In this document: positions 60,784 through 64,000 of the stretch, piece after piece
Position numbering within the stretch: the first letter of the stretch is position 1
Layout of the letters: the number at the start of each line of letters is the position of its first letter
DNA from: an uncultured Actinomycetota bacterium
GTDB taxonomy: Bacteria > Actinomycetota > Humimicrobiia > Humimicrobiales > Humimicrobiaceae
NCBI GenBank assembly: GCA_964610385.1
Contig: CAZSXW010000006.1
Location: forward strand, 17,534 to 81,533
Length of the DNA: 64,000 nucleotides
Direction of reading: 5' to 3'
Translations under genes and position numbers: made by a program
Notes under the pieces: model-generated
What the model saw: only the letters and a program-made list of their open reading frames with translations
The model's database searches: none
What the model was told of the DNA's origin: nothing

Positions 60784-61974
60784 ATGAAAAATCACAAAAG
60801 CTCTTATTTGATAATAACTATTCTTTTGGTTACTATTCTATTACTCTCATTTGTAAGCTGCAAACAGGATCCCTCTACCCTGAGGACTTATCAGCCTCCC
60901 GAAAATATTGAGGATGGCCTTAAAACAGGTACCCTTGAAGAAGTAAATATGGATAAGGTTTTAATCGAAAAGGCTATAAGCGATATAAACAGGGGTAAAT
61001 ACGGTGAAGTTCATTCACTTCTTATATATAAGGATGGGAAACTGGTAGTGGAGGAGTATTTTACCGGTCATAAGTATCAGTGGGATGCTCCGGGTCATCA
61101 CGGGGACCTTATTGTCTATAACAGGGATACTTTACATAGAATTATGTCTGATACAAAAAGCATTGTATCGATCCTTATAGGACTGGCAATAGAAAATGGT
61201 TATATAGAGAGCGTTGACCAGTCTATATTTGATTATCTGCCGGAACATCAGGACTTAAAAACAGATGGCAAGGATAAAATTACTATAGAAAATCTTTTAA
61301 CTATGGAATCCGGGCTTAAGTGGGATGAATGGAGCGCATCTCTAAGTAGTACATCCAATGACGCAATTGGAATCTGGTTTTCTGATAAAGACCCGGTTAT
61401 TTTTGTTTTAGAAAGGCCTTTTGTATATGAACCGGGAACAAGATTTATCTATAGTGGTGGTAATATGGAAGTCCTTGGTGAGATCATACAAAATGCTACC
61501 GGAATGAATGTCGAGGAATTTGCCGGAAAGTATTTATTCGAACTGCTGGGAATCAATTCATTTACCTGGGAAGAGTTTGGCGAATATTATAATTGTGCCG
61601 GCGGTTTATCACTTACACCAAGAGATATGCTAAAAATCGGTGTAACATTTTTAAATAATGGAGCCTGGGATGGAAAACAGGTGATATCAGAACAATGGGT
61701 TAAGAAAAGCGCTTTTCCATTTGGAAACAATACGGGGATCAATGTCCCCGGTACTGACTCTAAAAGGATGGGTTATTCCTATAGCTGGTGGACAAAAGAT
61801 TACTCCCTTTCAGGCAAGGAAATAAATATTTATTATGCCGGCGGATGGGGAGGACAGAGGATTATGGTCCTGCCTGAAGTAAACTCTGTAATTGTCTTTA
61901 CTGGCGGTAATTATACTTCTACAGTAAGGACCTTTAAGATTCTTGAGAAATATATTTTTCCTGCTATTAAGTAA
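60784..61974 (+). CDS. beta-lactamase-family serine hydrolase lipoprotein
   Basis: Lipobox FVSC; SxxK motif (SDTK), a YSGGN (YxN-like) motif and an HGDLIVYN region. Confidence 0.65.
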   Translation: MKNHKSSYLIITILLVTILLLSFVSCKQDPSTLRTYQPPENIEDGLKTGTLEEVNMDKVLIEKAISDINRGKYGEVHSLLIYKDGKLVVEEYFTGHKYQWDAPGHHGDLIVYNRDTLHRIMSDTKSIVSILIGLAIENGYIESVDQSIFDYLPEHQDLKTDGKDKITIENLLTMESGLKWDEWSASLSSTSNDAIGIWFSDKDPVIFVLERPFVYEPGTRFIYSGGNMEVLGEIIQNATGMNVEEFAGKYLFELLGINSFTWEEFGEYYNCAGGLSLTPRDMLKIGVTFLNNGAWDGKQVISEQWVKKSAFPFGNNTGINVPGTDSKRMGYSYSWWTKDYSLSGKEINIYYAGGWGGQRIMVLPEVNSVIVFTGGNYTSTVRTFKILEKYIFPAIK

Positions 61975-62094
61975 TCTCTTTTAATTTTTAAGGGATGGAT
62001 TATTAAGATATTAACGATATATTTATCTTGAGTGGGTGCCCCCGGGTTGCGAATTTTCGAACCAATTTTTAGGTAAATTAAAAAATATTATTAA

Positions 62095-62180
62095 TATAGT
62101 TAGAGATAGTGGACGAATTTAGAACCGCTTTATCTAGCTTAGAGGGTGATATTTTTATACCTGAATTGAGTTATTAGATT
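62095..62180 (+). repeat. dispersed intergenic repeat copy R8
   Basis: AGATAGTGGACGAATTTAGAACCGCTTTATCTAGCTTAGAGGGTGATATTTTTATACCTGAATTGAGTTATTA. Confidence 0.6.
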
Positions 62181-62303
62181 AAATACAAAATACCAAACAT
62201 TTCTTATTTAAAAAATAATCCTTTCTTATAAGATAGTAAACAATTAAAATTAAAATAGTTCAGATTATCTTTAATTCAATTATAATTCAAAGGATAAATA
62301 TAA

Positions 62304-63182
62304 ATGGAACTAATAATTGATAATGTCAGTAAACTCTATAAGGGTAAGATATGGGGACTGAAAGGTTTTAGCATTAAAATAAATACTGGAATTTTAGGAT
62401 TATTAGGGCCGAATGGTGCCGGTAAATCAACTTTGATGCGAATACTTGCTACTATTACAAAACCAACAGAAGGCAATGTAAACTGGAATGGTATTGATAT
62501 CTTAAAATATCCAAATAAGGCTAGAGCTGTACTCGGTTATCTTCCTCAAGATTTTGGTATTTACCCCAATCTTAGTGCCATCGAATTTTTGGAATATATA
62601 GCTGCTATTAAAGGATTGTATGGCAGGGAAGCAAGAAAACGAATCGATGATTTATTACAAATACTAAACCTTAATGAGGTTAGAAAACAACCGCTAAGTA
62701 GCTATTCAGGTGGGATGAAACAGAGAATAGGCATTGCACAAGCGCTCTTGAATGATCCAAAACTTCTTATAGTTGATGAACCGACTGCTGGATTAGATCC
62801 CGAAGAGAGAATACATTTTAGAAATATACTTTCAGATCTCTCTGGCGAAAGAATAGTAATTCTCTCGACTCATATAGTATCGGATATTGAAGCCTCTGCC
62901 ACTAGTATTGCAATAATCAATAAAGGCAAACTAGTAATTTATTCTTCACCTGAAAAACTAATATCCCAGGCTGAAGAAAAAGTCTGGGAGCTTAACATAC
63001 CAAGTAAGGATTTGACAAAAATTAAGGACAATTATCTTATTAGTAGCTCCGTGCAAAATAAAAATGGAGTCCAGATTAGAATAATTGGTGACAATTCTCC
63101 TGCTAGAGATGCTAGACCTGTGTCACCTAACTTGGAAGATAGCTATCTGTATTTTATCTCCACTTATAGAAAACAAAAATAA
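62304..63182 (+). CDS. ABC transporter ATP-binding protein
   Basis: Walker A GPNGAGKST, signature YSGGMKQRIGIAQAL, Walker B LIVDEPTAGLD. Confidence 0.85.
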   Translation: MELIIDNVSKLYKGKIWGLKGFSIKINTGILGLLGPNGAGKSTLMRILATITKPTEGNVNWNGIDILKYPNKARAVLGYLPQDFGIYPNLSAIEFLEYIAAIKGLYGREARKRIDDLLQILNLNEVRKQPLSSYSGGMKQRIGIAQALLNDPKLLIVDEPTAGLDPEERIHFRNILSDLSGERIVILSTHIVSDIEASATSIAIINKGKLVIYSSPEKLISQAEEKVWELNIPSKDLTKIKDNYLISSSVQNKNGVQIRIIGDNSPARDARPVSPNLEDSYLYFISTYRKQK

Positions 63183-63183
63183 A

Positions 63184-64000
63184 ATGAAATATTTTAGAAT
63201 CCTCTATAATTCAATTCGCACTGACATACTAGGAAGATTAAGAAGTTATCTTTTCTTAATTATTTTGGGTGCAACCATTTTTATTGCTTTTATATCTGTG
63301 CCGCCAAGTGGGGCTAATTATATAGTACTTAGTTTGGATAATATTAGAGGAATTTATAATTCTGCGTGGATTGGTGGAGCAATAGCAATTGTTGTTTCTA
63401 CAATGCTGTCTTTACCTGCTTTTTACTTGGTAAAAGGCGTTATTAAAAGAGATAAGCAGACGGGTGTGGGGCAAATCATAGCAACTACTCCTTTAAGTAA
63501 AGTACTATATATCTTTGGAAAGATACTGGGAAATTTCTTATTTTTGTCAATAATGGTTGCAGTAATAGCATTATCTGCCGGTATTATGCAAATCATAAGA
63601 GGTGAAGAAATAACGATAAACCTATGGAAATTGTTATCACCCTTTTTATTTATAGTATTACCTACAATGTTTTTTATATCTGCACTGGCAGTATTTTTTG
63701 AGACTATATCCTGGTTAAGTGGAAGTTTTGGAAATGTGATCTACTTCTTTTTATGGTTAGGTCTTTATCTTATATATCCAGTGTCATCAATGGCAAGGAG
63801 TGGTCAGGCAGTCTTTGACCCATTAAAGGAAGTAACGGGAATGACGATTCCTTTATCAGCTATGTCTAAAGCAGCAGCTACTAGCTTCCCGAATTATGAA
63901 GGAGGTTCAGGACTAATAAAATTCAATGTTCAAGTAAAAACCTTTATTTGGGAAGGTATAGATTGGAATTTAGAAATTATATACAGCCGTCTGATATGGG
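63184..64000 (+). CDS. ABC-2 type transporter permease, 3' partial (runs off the window end)
   Basis: ATG 1 nt after the ATPase stop. The frame is open for about 272 codons to the window end with multiple TM helices. It is absent from the ORF track because no stop codon falls inside the window. Confidence 0.5.
   Translation, partial: MKYFRILYNSIRTDILGRLRSYLFLIILGATIFIAFISVPPSGANYIVLSLDNIRGIYNSAWIGGAIAIVVSTMLSLPAFYLVKGVIKRDKQTGVGQIIATTPLSKVLYIFGKILGNFLFLSIMVAVIALSAGIMQIIRGEEITINLWKLLSPFLFIVLPTMFFISALAVFFETISWLSGSFGNVIYFFLWLGLYLIYPVSSMARSGQAVFDPLKEVTGMTIPLSAMSKAAATSFPNYEGGSGLIKFNVQVKTFIWEGIDWNLEIIYSRLIW

Noticed and set aside
53597-62180. CRISPR array interpretation of the dispersed repeats
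   Set aside because: The repeats are 80-90 bp and separated by 0.7-2 kb of gene-containing sequence, not by 25-45 bp spacers, so this is not CRISPR-like.
53597-62180. Canonical integron attC core sites (RYYYAAC … GTTRRRY) within the repeats
   Set aside because: They could not be demonstrated by eye. The GTTAGAAC-type motifs deviate from the strict consensus, so the integron call rests on array organisation, not on a confirmed attC structure.

Overview
This is a low-GC (about 33-35%) chromosomal segment from an anaerobic bacterium with Firmicutes-like gene content. The first 53 kb is largely housekeeping, the last 10 kb looks accessory, and the ABC-2 permease at 63184..64000 runs off the window end.

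Core region, in order:
- A PadR-regulated ABC-2 exporter.
- A spermidine/putrescine-type ABC importer in the order potB-potC-potD-potA.
- A minus-strand NAD-dependent formate dehydrogenase operon: Cys-type fdhA, NuoE-like, NuoF-like, mobA, and two small membrane proteins.
- recF, a DUF721 protein, gyrB and gyrA, with no dnaA or dnaN upstream.
- A stand-alone tRNA-Ile(GAT)/tRNA-Ala(TGC) pair and an Rrf2 regulator.
- An orphan GatC-family PTS IIC permease.
- A 2-oxo-acid (pyruvate or acetoin) dehydrogenase operon (SorC-type regulator, E1 alpha, E1 beta, E2, E3) with an antisense lipB inside it.
- A class I (FbaB-type) fructose-bisphosphate aldolase.
- An orphan left-handed beta-helix acetyltransferase followed by glmM.
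- Several lipoproteins with acidic low-complexity linkers.

Three things stand out:
1. Between 53.6 and 62.2 kb there is an array of at least nine copies of a conserved 80-90 bp element, all on the + strand. They occupy consecutive intergenic spacers and separate single-gene units of unrelated function, one of which is a GC-rich (~43%) class B radical SAM gene. This is an integron-like or VCR-like cassette organisation, but no integrase gene is visible in the window.
2. A four-gene, apparently iron-regulated operon at 46.3-50.8 kb opens with an unusual protein: a Fur-type DNA-binding domain fused to a NuoE-type [2Fe-2S] domain. It continues with a NuoF/HydB-like flavoprotein, a NuoG-N-terminal-like ferredoxin, and a canonical Fur-family gene. 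Fur-box-like operators sit upstream of both regulator genes.
3. A polytopic membrane protein carries a C-terminal domain that looks like the type II secretion pseudopilin GspG.
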